The notes beneath the pieces were generated by a model. The model was not told where the DNA came from. It worked only from the letters and a program-made list of their open reading frames with translations, and made no database searches. Below are positions 26,020 through 34,655 of a DNA stretch of 54,972 bases, piece by piece (within the stretch, counting starts at the first letter, position 1; each line of letters begins with the position of its first letter). Source of the DNA: Patescibacteria group bacterium. GTDB taxonomy: Bacteria > Patescibacteriota > Minisyncoccia > Phycocordibacterales > JBHPGB01. The stretch spans positions 1-54,972 of the forward strand of contig JBHPGB010000004.1 in assembly GCA_042571085.1 (NCBI GenBank), written 5' to 3'. A program made the translations under genes and the position numbers.

Positions 26020-27567
26020 ATGAAAAAAATCTCAAATAAATTAATTTTAGGAATTTTTGTAATCGTTTTAATTCTCGGTGTATTTCCATATGATACCGAT
26101 GAGTCTTATCAGGCCGTGATGGAAAAATATGGCTATGATATTGGCGAACGTACACGTACCGCTGATTGTGAAACTGATGGCGTGAGTGTGGAGCGTGTTC
26201 CATTTGGCACAAGATCAATCCATTGTGATACATCTTGGTTTGTATTATTTAACATATTTCCATTTCAGGGGAAAGGAGATCTAGATGTTGATGAGCCTGT
26301 AAAAGAATTTTGGGAGCAAGATCTTAAGGAAATTATTAAGTTTGACGAGGTAGATTCAAGGGTTGTCAGTGCACCAATCCCCAAAGGTTGGTTTATGCAT
26401 CGTGCGAGTAATCAACATATTATGCTTACACGGTCTAAGGAGTTGTTAGACATTGAAGCAACAGAAGGATATGCCTATGGTGAGCAGATTAATATTGATT
26501 TAATAAAAATCGATATGTCTCCAGAAGAAGGGGTTGCACAAAAAACATATATTGATTTGGATGATGTGCTTGTATTGTCAAAAGAGTGGACTATTTCTTA
26601 CGAGCAAAAGATTCTTAGTGTTGAAAGTGAAGCAGCTGGATTTTCAGGTAAACAATATACAAGGTATCTTTTTGTTGATGATTTTGTATATATTGTTTCG
26701 CTTTATCCACTTGAAACATATGATACTGAGAGCGGTATTTATGTGCGTAATCATGCAGGACTTGATGCGCTTTATAAAGTATCAGATAATTTACTTTTGT
26801 TATACAGTATTCAAAAAAATCCAATGAAATCTTTTAAAGAATTGCGCAATCTCACTCCGGTTAATGAGCTTTTAATGCGCTTTAGTCAGATGGATCTTTT
26901 TTTGAATACACAATTAAGGAATGGGGATATACGCTGGATCAATGAAGATGGTTATAGCATTCTTGTTCCTGGAACTGAATATTTCTTGGCCGTTAATGAA
27001 AAAATAGGTTGTCCAAGATCTGAAGAGTCTGCCACACATATATATGAAAAAGAATTATCTGTTGCTGAAAAAATGTTTCTAGAAAGAGGTTATGTTTTAG
27101 ATAAAAATAATTCATCTTTTGATGAATCTGATGAACGATTATATGATTATGTGCAAACTTATGTAAAAGGAGATGAGCTGTGTGCAGTGATAGTAAATGC
27201 AGAATGCAGTTCGTATGTTGCTGGAATGGATATGGCACATGATTTACGTGTGTCGTGTGGGAACACATTGAAAGAGGCGAGTGATGAACAATTACCTTTT
27301 CTCGAGGCACTTGAGTTTAAAGATACAAATACTGTTGTACGAGTGAGAAAACAAAGCGGTGATTTTTTCCAGCTTGGAGTAAGGGGATTTCGTGGAGGAC
27401 AAACTGCGATTGTAAAAAAAGAAGGTGAGACATATCGCTTGCTACTTATGACACAAGAAGCACCTTACTGCAATTTGATAGAGGAAGAGCAAATTCCTCG
27501 TGAGGTTTTAAGTTCAATCGGAGGAGGGGATTGCTGGACTGATGAGGAATATATAAGAGTTGAATAA
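26020..27567 (+). CDS. Membrane-anchored hypothetical protein
   Basis: N-terminus MKKISNKLILGI is nearly identical to that of the DKNYY protein. ATG at 26020 preferred. Confidence 0.75.
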   Translation: MKKISNKLILGIFVIVLILGVFPYDTDESYQAVMEKYGYDIGERTRTADCETDGVSVERVPFGTRSIHCDTSWFVLFNIFPFQGKGDLDVDEPVKEFWEQDLKEIIKFDEVDSRVVSAPIPKGWFMHRASNQHIMLTRSKELLDIEATEGYAYGEQINIDLIKIDMSPEEGVAQKTYIDLDDVLVLSKEWTISYEQKILSVESEAAGFSGKQYTRYLFVDDFVYIVSLYPLETYDTESGIYVRNHAGLDALYKVSDNLLLLYSIQKNPMKSFKELRNLTPVNELLMRFSQMDLFLNTQLRNGDIRWINEDGYSILVPGTEYFLAVNEKIGCPRSEESATHIYEKELSVAEKMFLERGYVLDKNNSSFDESDERLYDYVQTYVKGDELCAVIVNAECSSYVAGMDMAHDLRVSCGNTLKEASDEQLPFLEALEFKDTNTVVRVRKQSGDFFQLGVRGFRGGQTAIVKKEGETYRLLLMTQEAPYCNLIEEEQIPREVLSSIGGGDCWTDEEYIRVE

Positions 27568-27588
27568 TTTTTTCTTAAAATATATTAA

Positions 27589-28209
27589 TTACTTTGTTCG
27601 TGCGACGTAAGTATTTAGCAGTTGTGTGATTATTGTTGTGATAAAAAGCAGAATAAAAATCTCAAATGGGAATTTAAAGAATGCGATTATAGAAAATAAA
27701 AATAAAAATCCTGTTAAAAATATTTCAAAAGTACGGTAATATTTTTTTAGAAAAATATAAAATAAATTACCCCGCAGCAAGCTACGCGGTATTTCCAATG
27801 AAACTTGCTGCGGACCGGGGGTAATTTTTGCTAAGGAGTGCCCCTCCGGGCACACTCGTTTATTGAGCTTGTTCATCCCCGCTGCAAGCAGACGGGGAGT
27901 GGTCCCCAAGCACGACAATAAAATAAATAAAAAATTAGCAAAAATAAACCATGGTATAAAAGATCCCCAGAAGCCTTTCCATATTACATGCATGGAATGT
28001 TGTCGCGGATTTGTAAGACTGTATTCAAAAGCTCCATTTCTTTCAACCATGTCATAACTCGAATTCATAGATACGAATTCTACAGGAAATCCAAATTGAA
28101 TATCCCTTTCTTGCTCCACAGTGTGCACCATTGTGGGGGCAAATAATGTGCATACCATCGCTATCAATGTAAGTGCGAGTATGTGAAAAGATTGTTTTAT
28201 TGATTTCAT
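27589..28209 (-). CDS. Membrane protein carrying an in-frame palindromic element
   Basis: TM-FGFP-TM N-terminal half. About 45 codons read through element copy B, followed by a further hydrophobic tail. Confidence 0.55.
   Translation of the reverse strand: MKSIKQSFHILALTLIAMVCTLFAPTMVHTVEQERDIQFGFPVEFVSMNSSYDMVERNGAFEYSLTNPRQHSMHVIWKGFWGSFIPWFIFANFLFILLSCLGTTPRLLAAGMNKLNKRVCPEGHSLAKITPGPQQVSLEIPRSLLRGNLFYIFLKKYYRTFEIFLTGFLFLFSIIAFFKFPFEIFILLFITTIITQLLNTYVARTK
27764..27900 (-). mobile_element. ~140-bp palindrome-rich element, copy B
   Basis: Reverse complement aligns with 20838-20980. Includes taccccgcagcaagctacgcggtat. Confidence 0.7.
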
Positions 28210-28215
28210 AAATGT

Positions 28216-28449
28216 TTATTTTTCTAAAGTTTTAAGTAAGTCTAAAGCTTTTTCTTTGTCTTCTATATTAATCAAAAGTCCAACACCACCAGTGGCTGAT
28301 GCTATCCAAGGATACATACCACCAGCGTCGTCCGCAGTGATGAGGCTTGGTATGTCATGTGCTCTTAATAAGCTTTTGCCGGCCTCGGCATCGATTCTAT
28401 TATTATAACTCTGTATTTTTATGTTTTGTTTCATATTAAAATAACACAA
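28216..28449 (-). CDS. DUF2007-like putative signal-transducing small protein
   Basis: YNNRIDAEAGKSLLRAHDIPSLITADDAGG...LLINIEDKEKALDLL. Confidence 0.75.
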   Translation of the reverse strand: MCYFNMKQNIKIQSYNNRIDAEAGKSLLRAHDIPSLITADDAGGMYPWIASATGGVGLLINIEDKEKALDLLKTLEK

Positions 28450-29020
28450 TGCTATTTAGAATATCATCAAATATATTTTGGAAACCCTCAGTGTAGTGGA
28501 TTTTCAGGATAACTTGTGGGTCAAGGGTTTCAATCAAAGTAACAAAATTCATTTCTCCGCCATAGCCACCTCTATATGATATTTGTGCAGCAGGCCTATT
28601 GTCGATATTAATATTTTCAATTTTAGTTTGTGCAAAATCATCTAAATACTGATCTTTTTTATATTGTTCAGTGATTTTATCTATACTTACATCATCTTTG
28701 GGCTGTATAGTCATGCTACTCATTATGCCTATTGAAGACGCCCTTTTCGGATTATTTATGGATAGTGTACTTATTGATATATATTGAGGAGATTCTTCTA
28801 AATACATATTTGATGGATATTTAAACCGATATCCGTATTCTTTATTTTCGTAAGTAAGCCAATTTGAAGTATCTATTTCAGATATGGTATTTTGCTTTAT
28901 TTCTGTATTTTCCGTTCGAACCCCAGTATTGTTGTATAAATAAAAACCAGCGAAAATTATTGCGATTAGAATTACAATTAAAAATAGTTTGAAAAATTTT
29001 GAATTTTTTAGTTTATTCAT
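28436..29020 (-). CDS. Membrane-anchored PsbP-like surface protein
   Basis: N-terminal TM, then NWLTYENKEYGYRFKYP. Confidence 0.7.
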   Translation of the reverse strand: MNKLKNSKFFKLFLIVILIAIIFAGFYLYNNTGVRTENTEIKQNTISEIDTSNWLTYENKEYGYRFKYPSNMYLEESPQYISISTLSINNPKRASSIGIMSSMTIQPKDDVSIDKITEQYKKDQYLDDFAQTKIENINIDNRPAAQISYRGGYGGEMNFVTLIETLDPQVILKIHYTEGFQNIFDDILNSIVLF

Positions 29021-29034
29021 GATCAGAATTAGTT

Positions 29035-29745
29035 TTATTTTTTTTGTATTTGTAGGAAAAGAGAAATTCCAGCAATAAATGCTAGGCTCGCGCGGGCCAA
29101 TAGAAATAAACCAGGGTCGTACATAATACCCATATCCTTATTAGGGTTTACGAACATCCATATAAATATTTCTAGAAAACTTACAAATATAAGAAAACTT
29201 ACAATAAATTTATTTTTTCTATAAACGGTCAATGCAAGGATTGTTATTATGGGTGATAGTGTGAATAAAAATAAATATGGTGTGGCAAATTCAGTAGCAA
29301 ACGGCTGGGCTATTGGAAAATATAAAACTGTTGCAGCAAATGCTATTAGTGAGGCAAAAAAGGCAAAATTTTTAATTTCAATTTTTTCTTCAATACTATT
29401 TTTGGGTGCTCTGTTGATTCTTTGCAATAAATAACTTGAATATAGAAAGCAGGTATATGAAATTATTAATAGTGAAATAAGAAAAGATGCTTGACCTATA
29501 TAGTCAGGTTTTATAATTGCATACAATGCAATTACCAGAGCATGTCCGATTGGTGCAATTAAAAAAAGTTTTGCTGCAATATCTGGACGTTTTTGTACAA
29601 AAAGAATACCAGCAACACACATAAGCCAAAATAGCATTAGCATACTAGAATCTATTTGGCTGATGTACCAAGGATATGAAAGAGCTGTTGAAAAAAGCAT
29701 TAGAATAGCTCCAAACACAGTAAATAAGTAAGTAAATATTTTCAT
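29035..29745 (-). CDS. Multi-pass membrane protein
   Basis: About 8 hydrophobic segments, with an apparent internal duplication of two 4-TM halves. Confidence 0.7.
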   Translation of the reverse strand: MKIFTYLFTVFGAILMLFSTALSYPWYISQIDSSMLMLFWLMCVAGILFVQKRPDIAAKLFLIAPIGHALVIALYAIIKPDYIGQASFLISLLIISYTCFLYSSYLLQRINRAPKNSIEEKIEIKNFAFFASLIAFAATVLYFPIAQPFATEFATPYLFLFTLSPIITILALTVYRKNKFIVSFLIFVSFLEIFIWMFVNPNKDMGIMYDPGLFLLARASLAFIAGISLFLQIQKK

Positions 29746-29778
29746 GGTGCTATTATAACAATTTTTTGTTGAATAGTT

Positions 29779-30765
29779 TTACTTTTTGTTTACAAATCCA
29801 CCAACTAATTTTTCTATTTTCTTCACATCTTCCGACCCAAACCATTTTATTTTTTCATTTCGTTTGAACCAGTTTTTTTGCCGCTTGGCGTAGTGCCAGG
29901 TTTCGGTGTTCATTTTTTGCAGAGCTTCCTCTTTGGGGATTTCTCCTTTGATTACTTGAACAATGAATTTGTATTCAAAGCCGAGCTCGTTTATTCTTTT
30001 CCACGAAATGTTTTGCTCACGGAGCTTTTTAACTTCTGCTACAAGACCTTTTTTCACGACTCGGCTTTGCTTCCCTGCATTGCGATTTACAACCAATCGC
30101 TTCGCTCTTGGGTAAATCGGGAACATCATTTGCTCATTTCTGCGCGCGATTTTTTCTATAAGAGTTTCCTTATCTAATTCCAGCCCAATCCACAACACGT
30201 CGTATTTACCTGAGTCTCCGGCACTCAAATTAGGAACAGCGCCGAGCGCGCTGGCAATTTCTATTGCGCGGATGAGTCGGCGAGGATTATGTGGATCAAT
30301 ATCTTCTGCGCGGCGCGGGTCGAGCGTTTTGAGCTCGGCAAAAAGCTCGGGCGCCGACTTTTTCTCAAGCCGAGTGCGCAATTTTGGATTTGGTGGTACT
30401 TCAGGTAAATCGCTACTGCCAAGGAGTGCGTCAATATAAAAACCAGTGCCACCTGCGATGATTGGCAATTTTCCACGCTTTATAATATCTCTCAATGCTT
30501 TTTCTCCTTTCTTTTTAAATTGCGCGGCGGTGAATGGTCGACGTGGGCTAGCGACATCAAGCAGGTGATGGGGAACTCCTTTCATTTCTTGTTTGGTTAT
30601 TTTTCCAGTTCCAATATCAAGATCGCGGTACACTTGTCGTGAATCGGCCGAGATTACCTCACCATCAAATTTCTTGGCAATTTCCACTGCCAAATCACTT
30701 TTGCCAGAGGATGTAGTGCCGACAATAACTATGATTTTATGTTTTTGTTTTTCCATTTTGGACAT
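29779..30765 (-). CDS. miaA: tRNA dimethylallyltransferase, with a ~23-aa insertion
   Basis: GTTSSGKS, ISADSRQVY, IGTGK, PHHLLD, GGTGFY, RRLIRAIE, YAKRQKNWF. Confidence 0.95.
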   Translation of the reverse strand: MSKMEKQKHKIIVIVGTTSSGKSDLAVEIAKKFDGEVISADSRQVYRDLDIGTGKITKQEMKGVPHHLLDVASPRRPFTAAQFKKKGEKALRDIIKRGKLPIIAGGTGFYIDALLGSSDLPEVPPNPKLRTRLEKKSAPELFAELKTLDPRRAEDIDPHNPRRLIRAIEIASALGAVPNLSAGDSGKYDVLWIGLELDKETLIEKIARRNEQMMFPIYPRAKRLVVNRNAGKQSRVVKKGLVAEVKKLREQNISWKRINELGFEYKFIVQVIKGEIPKEEALQKMNTETWHYAKRQKNWFKRNEKIKWFGSEDVKKIEKLVGGFVNKK

Positions 30766-30806
30766 GGTATTATTGATACTACATTAAAAACTAACCAATT
30801 AAAACT

Positions 30807-31421
30807 ATGTGTGAATGTAATAATAATTGTGGCGACTTCATATTTAATGATATTCGTACTCCAATTGTAGGTACTAAAGTACCAGATATGGAACTCGAAG
30901 CTTTTCAAGATGAAGACGTTAAAAAAATAAAACTATCAGATTATAAAGGAAAGTGGGCAATTCTTTTCTTTTATCCAGCAGACTTTACTTTTATTTGTCC
31001 TACAGAGCTTGGGGAAATGGCAGATATGTATGACGAGTTTAAGAAGGAAGATACGGAGGTGCTTTCAGTAAGTACAGATACGGTATTTGTACACAAGGCA
31101 TGGCATGATGAATCTGAAACTATAAAGAAGATTAAATTCCCAATGGTAGCAGATCCAACAGGAAATCTTTCTCGCGCAATGGGTGTGTATTTGGAAGATG
31201 AAGGAGTGGCACTTCGCGGAACATTTGTAATCAACCCAGAAGGGGAGATAGTGCTTGCAGAAGTGAACGATAATAGTATTGGAAGAAGCGCAAAAGAACT
31301 TATGCGAAAATTGAGAGCAGCGAAGTTTGTTAATGAGCACTCAGGTATGGTTTGCCCAGCGAGCTGGGAGGAAGGCGATGATACTTTGGAGCCAGGTCTC
31401 GATCTAGTAGGAAAAATCTAA
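30807..31421 (+). CDS. ahpC: 2-Cys peroxiredoxin (AhpC)
   Basis: FYPADFTFICPTE, LRGTFVINPEG, VCPASW. Confidence 0.93.
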   Translation: MCECNNNCGDFIFNDIRTPIVGTKVPDMELEAFQDEDVKKIKLSDYKGKWAILFFYPADFTFICPTELGEMADMYDEFKKEDTEVLSVSTDTVFVHKAWHDESETIKKIKFPMVADPTGNLSRAMGVYLEDEGVALRGTFVINPEGEIVLAEVNDNSIGRSAKELMRKLRAAKFVNEHSGMVCPASWEEGDDTLEPGLDLVGKI

Positions 31422-31475
31422 AAACAGAAATTAAAGAAACCGGCGTCTCACGACGCCGGTTTTTTGGTGAAAAAC

Positions 31476-31793
31476 TCACCAAAGACAATATTTCCTTTTC
31501 TCTAATTTTTCACCACGTTTGCGATGCCTTGGTATCACAAAAATTGTTACAGAGCGGTCCAGTTGTTTCAGGTCTGTGACTTGCTCCGTAGATAACATCT
31601 TAGAATTCAATCTTTCCATCTCACGTTTTTCCCATTCAAGACACCTGGTAAAAAGTTCGGAAGGGGAACCGTGAAGATTAGCTCTGCAATCACGTGTGTC
31701 TATACCAGTGTCCCAGTTTTCAGGTGGTGGATCTGTTAGATCCAAAGGGTTTTCAGGGTCTATCTTTCTATTAAATGGAAATCCGAGGCTCAT
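31476..31793 (-). CDS. Hypothetical protein
   Basis: 105-aa ORF with AAGGAG SD. Confidence 0.55.
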   Translation of the reverse strand: MSLGFPFNRKIDPENPLDLTDPPPENWDTGIDTRDCRANLHGSPSELFTRCLEWEKREMERLNSKMLSTEQVTDLKQLDRSVTIFVIPRHRKRGEKLEKRKYCLW

Positions 31794-31934
31794 GTCTTTT
31801 CTCCTTTATGAGCAATAAATTAGAATACATCTAATTTCAAAGTAACATTTTGTAAAAATATTGCAATTAGTTTTTTGACCTGATTATTTTTTTGTGTAAT
31901 ATGAAGCGCAGGGACTCAAAAAAGGACATATGAA

Positions 31935-32165
31935 ATGAAATACTATGTGCTGCAATTATTCATTGGTGGTGGGATACTATACTATGTTGGTCATAAAGAT
32001 AGTGAAGTTTTTACATCACCTCAACCCACAACAGGCAAAACTTCAGATGGGTTTTTTACAACAAGACACGCTGCCGATGATGTAAAAAAAATTCTAGACA
32101 GACTCATAAATGAGGAGGCTGTAAAAAGCCTTTCTGAAGCAAATGTGATTATGTGCCACTTGTAA
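31935..32165 (+). CDS. Hypothetical protein
   Basis: 76-aa ORF with AGGA SD and a downstream hairpin at ~32185-32215. Confidence 0.5.
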   Translation: MKYYVLQLFIGGGILYYVGHKDSEVFTSPQPTTGKTSDGFFTTRHAADDVKKILDRLINEEAVKSLSEANVIMCHL

Positions 32166-32266
32166 TTCAATAGGTCATATTATAGGCGGGGAAATATAAA
32201 AATATCCCCGCTTTTTTCTTTGACAAAAAGTATATAGAGTGATAATGTGTCTATCGGAAGTTTTCA

Positions 32267-32938
32267 TTGAAAGTAAGTTTTTTTGATATGGAGAGAGCTA
32301 TGTTATTGGACGAGAAATACAAGGAATTGGTGAAATTGATCGGCACAAATTGGCGAGATTTTCTTAGGTTCACAGAGTGTGTGCCTTTAGAAAAACTTGA
32401 TTCCAAAATACTCCTAGAAATTTTGAAAAATATACAATCGAATACTTTTTCAAACACTCCTATAAATACTTTTATCGGCATTTCTATACTTCTTTGTAAG
32501 ATGCCAAGAAAGAGTTTTGACAAGGAGGTTTTGCTAGGTTTTTTCAGTGAGTCAAGTATGCGCAAGGTTGTTTCTGCGTTGCTTTTCAGACACTTTTCGG
32601 AAGAGCTCGATTTCAAACTTTTGTGTACTTTAATAACATTTTCTGATTATTTGTTTTACGTTGAGACTTGTGATCTTTTGTATAAAAAACCAGCCACTTT
32701 TTTTGAGTATGAGGAATTGATTGAATTTTGGCTATGTGATAATCCAAAAATTAAACATATTTCTGAAGTATTGATAAAAAAACATTTTAATAAGCGATTT
32801 CAAAAGGAGGCACCTTCTGAAGAGACGCAGTGTCAAGCTATAAGAAAAAGGAAACACCAGAAGGTAATGAGTGATGAAGTCTTCACTCCAAAAGAAAGTG
32901 TTGATTTAGGTGTATTGTTAAAAAAGTTTGCGGGTTGA
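32267..32938 (+). CDS. Hypothetical helical protein
   Basis: 223-aa ORF with TTGACA-16-GATAAT promoter at 32219-32246. Start uncertain. Confidence 0.55.
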   Translation: MKVSFFDMERAMLLDEKYKELVKLIGTNWRDFLRFTECVPLEKLDSKILLEILKNIQSNTFSNTPINTFIGISILLCKMPRKSFDKEVLLGFFSESSMRKVVSALLFRHFSEELDFKLLCTLITFSDYLFYVETCDLLYKKPATFFEYEELIEFWLCDNPKIKHISEVLIKKHFNKRFQKEAPSEETQCQAIRKRKHQKVMSDEVFTPKESVDLGVLLKKFAG

Positions 32939-32979
32939 CGTAGATGTCTGAAACAGGGGGAATTATCCTCCTGTTTTCT

Positions 32980-33007
32980 TTGACAAAATAGCCCTTTTTT
33001 GTATAAT
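32980..33007 (+). promoter_or_regulatory. Sigma70-type promoter of khpA-trmD
   Basis: TTGACA-16 nt-TATAAT. Confidence 0.7.
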
Positions 33008-33069
33008 AAAAAGCATAAAGACGGTCGAATGAATTTAATATTAGAGATTAAGGAAAGATAGAAAACGAT

Positions 33070-33408
33070 ATGCAAGAACAAGATCAAGTATTTCTTGAGT
33101 ATGTTGTGAAAGCATTGGTTGATAATCCTGACGCTGTAAAAGTTGACCGAAAGGTTGATGAGATGGGTGTTCTTTTGACACTAGACATCGACGCAGCAGA
33201 CATGGGTAAAATTATTGGCCGAAGTGGAAACACAGCAAAGGCTCTTAGAACTCTTCTTCGTGTAGTTGGAATGAAAAACAACTCACGTGTAAACCTTAAG
33301 ATCAACGAACCAGAAGGCGGTCAGCGTTACGAAGCTGGAGCATCTGACGAAGCTAGCTCAACTACAGCAGCTGATGTTGATGAGGCAATAGAAGAACTTA
33401 AAGCGTAA
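33070..33408 (+). CDS. khpA: KH-domain RNA-binding protein
   Basis: LEYVVKALVDNPDAV...DMGKIIGRSGNTAKALRTLL. Confidence 0.92.
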   Translation: MQEQDQVFLEYVVKALVDNPDAVKVDRKVDEMGVLLTLDIDAADMGKIIGRSGNTAKALRTLLRVVGMKNNSRVNLKINEPEGGQRYEAGASDEASSTTAADVDEAIEELKA

Positions 33409-33469
33409 ATTTTAAAGAAAAAACCGTGCTATACTTATAGCACGGTTTTTTCTTTAAAATTTACGCTTT
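33400..33469. repeat. 70-bp palindrome (34-bp arms, 2-nt loop) overlapping the khpA stop
   Basis: aaagcgtaaattttaaagaaaaaaccgtgctata-ct-exact reverse complement. Confidence 0.85.
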
Positions 33470-33559
33470 GTCACTAATCCTTAATCATTTATCGTTGACG
33501 TATAAATTTGCAAAGCAAATTTATATTATTGTAGATGAGTGATTAATGATTAAAGATCA

Positions 33560-34201
33560 ATGATTAATTTTCACATAATTACAATTTTTCCAGACATGTT
33601 TTCCTCGTATGTAAACGAGTCTATTTTGGCGCGGGCGCAAAAAGATAAGAAAATAAAAATTAAATTTTATGATCCACGCGATTTTACAAAAGATAAACAC
33701 AAGAGGGTAGACGATAAACCATACGGCGGTGGGCCAGGGATGGTGATGGCTGTTGACCCAATAGTACGAGCTGCGCAAAAGGCAATCGGGCAAAAAAAGG
33801 GTGTGAAAGTATTCATCACATCACCGGCTGGCAAACAATTCACAAACGTTATAGCGAAAAATATTTCAAAAAAAAATAAAGACGTTGTAATTATTTGTGG
33901 CAGGTATGAAGGAATTGATGCACGAGTGAAAAAGATTTTGCGCGCGGAAGAAATTTCAATCGGCCCATTTGTGGTGACTGGTGGGGAAGTGCCAGCTATG
34001 GTTATGATAGATGCAATCTCTCGACAAATTCCTGGTGTGCTAGGTAGCGCAGAGTCTATAGAAGAAAGCCGTATCGCAAGCTCAGAAACATATACCCGTC
34101 CAGAAATTTTCAAACATAAAGGCAAAAATTACAAAGTGCCAAAAGTCCTCCTTTCTGGTGATCATAAAAAGATAGAGGAGTGGAGGAAGAATAAAGGGTA
34201 A
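33560..34201 (+). CDS. trmD: tRNA (guanine-N1)-methyltransferase
   Basis: VDDKPYGGGPGMVM, ICGRYEGIDARV, ISIGPFVVTGGE, YTRP, VPKVLLSGDH. Confidence 0.96.
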   Translation: MINFHIITIFPDMFSSYVNESILARAQKDKKIKIKFYDPRDFTKDKHKRVDDKPYGGGPGMVMAVDPIVRAAQKAIGQKKGVKVFITSPAGKQFTNVIAKNISKKNKDVVIICGRYEGIDARVKKILRAEEISIGPFVVTGGEVPAMVMIDAISRQIPGVLGSAESIEESRIASSETYTRPEIFKHKGKNYKVPKVLLSGDHKKIEEWRKNKG

Positions 34202-34279
34202 AATTAATTGGCTCAATCCCATTGAGCCAATTAACAGGTTCAAGAATAAGGGTTGTCCACAGCATCAAATGGGGGATAT

Positions 34280-34307
34280 TTGACAAATATTTTAATACGA
34301 GTATACT
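34280..34307 (+). promoter_or_regulatory. Likely rpoBC promoter with a ~340-nt leader
   Basis: TTGACA-16 nt-TATACT. Confidence 0.6.
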
Positions 34308-34655
34308 AATCACCAATATACCGTTTGCTTGTGTTACGGAAAAAACTCTTGATTACAAACAAGAAGCTTAGTGTTCTTATGCTTCAAAACAACAACTCTT
34401 AATACAAACCTAAAACATAATAAAGGTAGGCTTTTCCTGCTTGTGTTTTTATTTGTTGTTGTCTTTTAATAATATTAGCCACCAAAAATAAAATTTTTAT
34501 TTTTTTAGCAGCAGATCTTCGCTTAGATTGCATTTATGATAAACGAGATATAGCAGTAGCTACATTGAGTTTTGAATGAATGTAAGGTAAGTGAAAATAT
34601 GCAATAAAAAGATTGAAATTTTATTTGAGGGGGCTATAGTCAATAAATACGCAGT

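Noticed and set aside
14080-30765. Prophage or integrative element at tRNA-Trp
   Set aside because: No integrase, terminase, capsid or replication genes, and no distal duplication of the tRNA 3' end was found. Treated only as an accessory region.
34320-34420. Imperfect direct repeat aactctt-at-acaaac in the rpoB leader
   Set aside because: Only two short AT-rich copies with no supportable structure or known motif.
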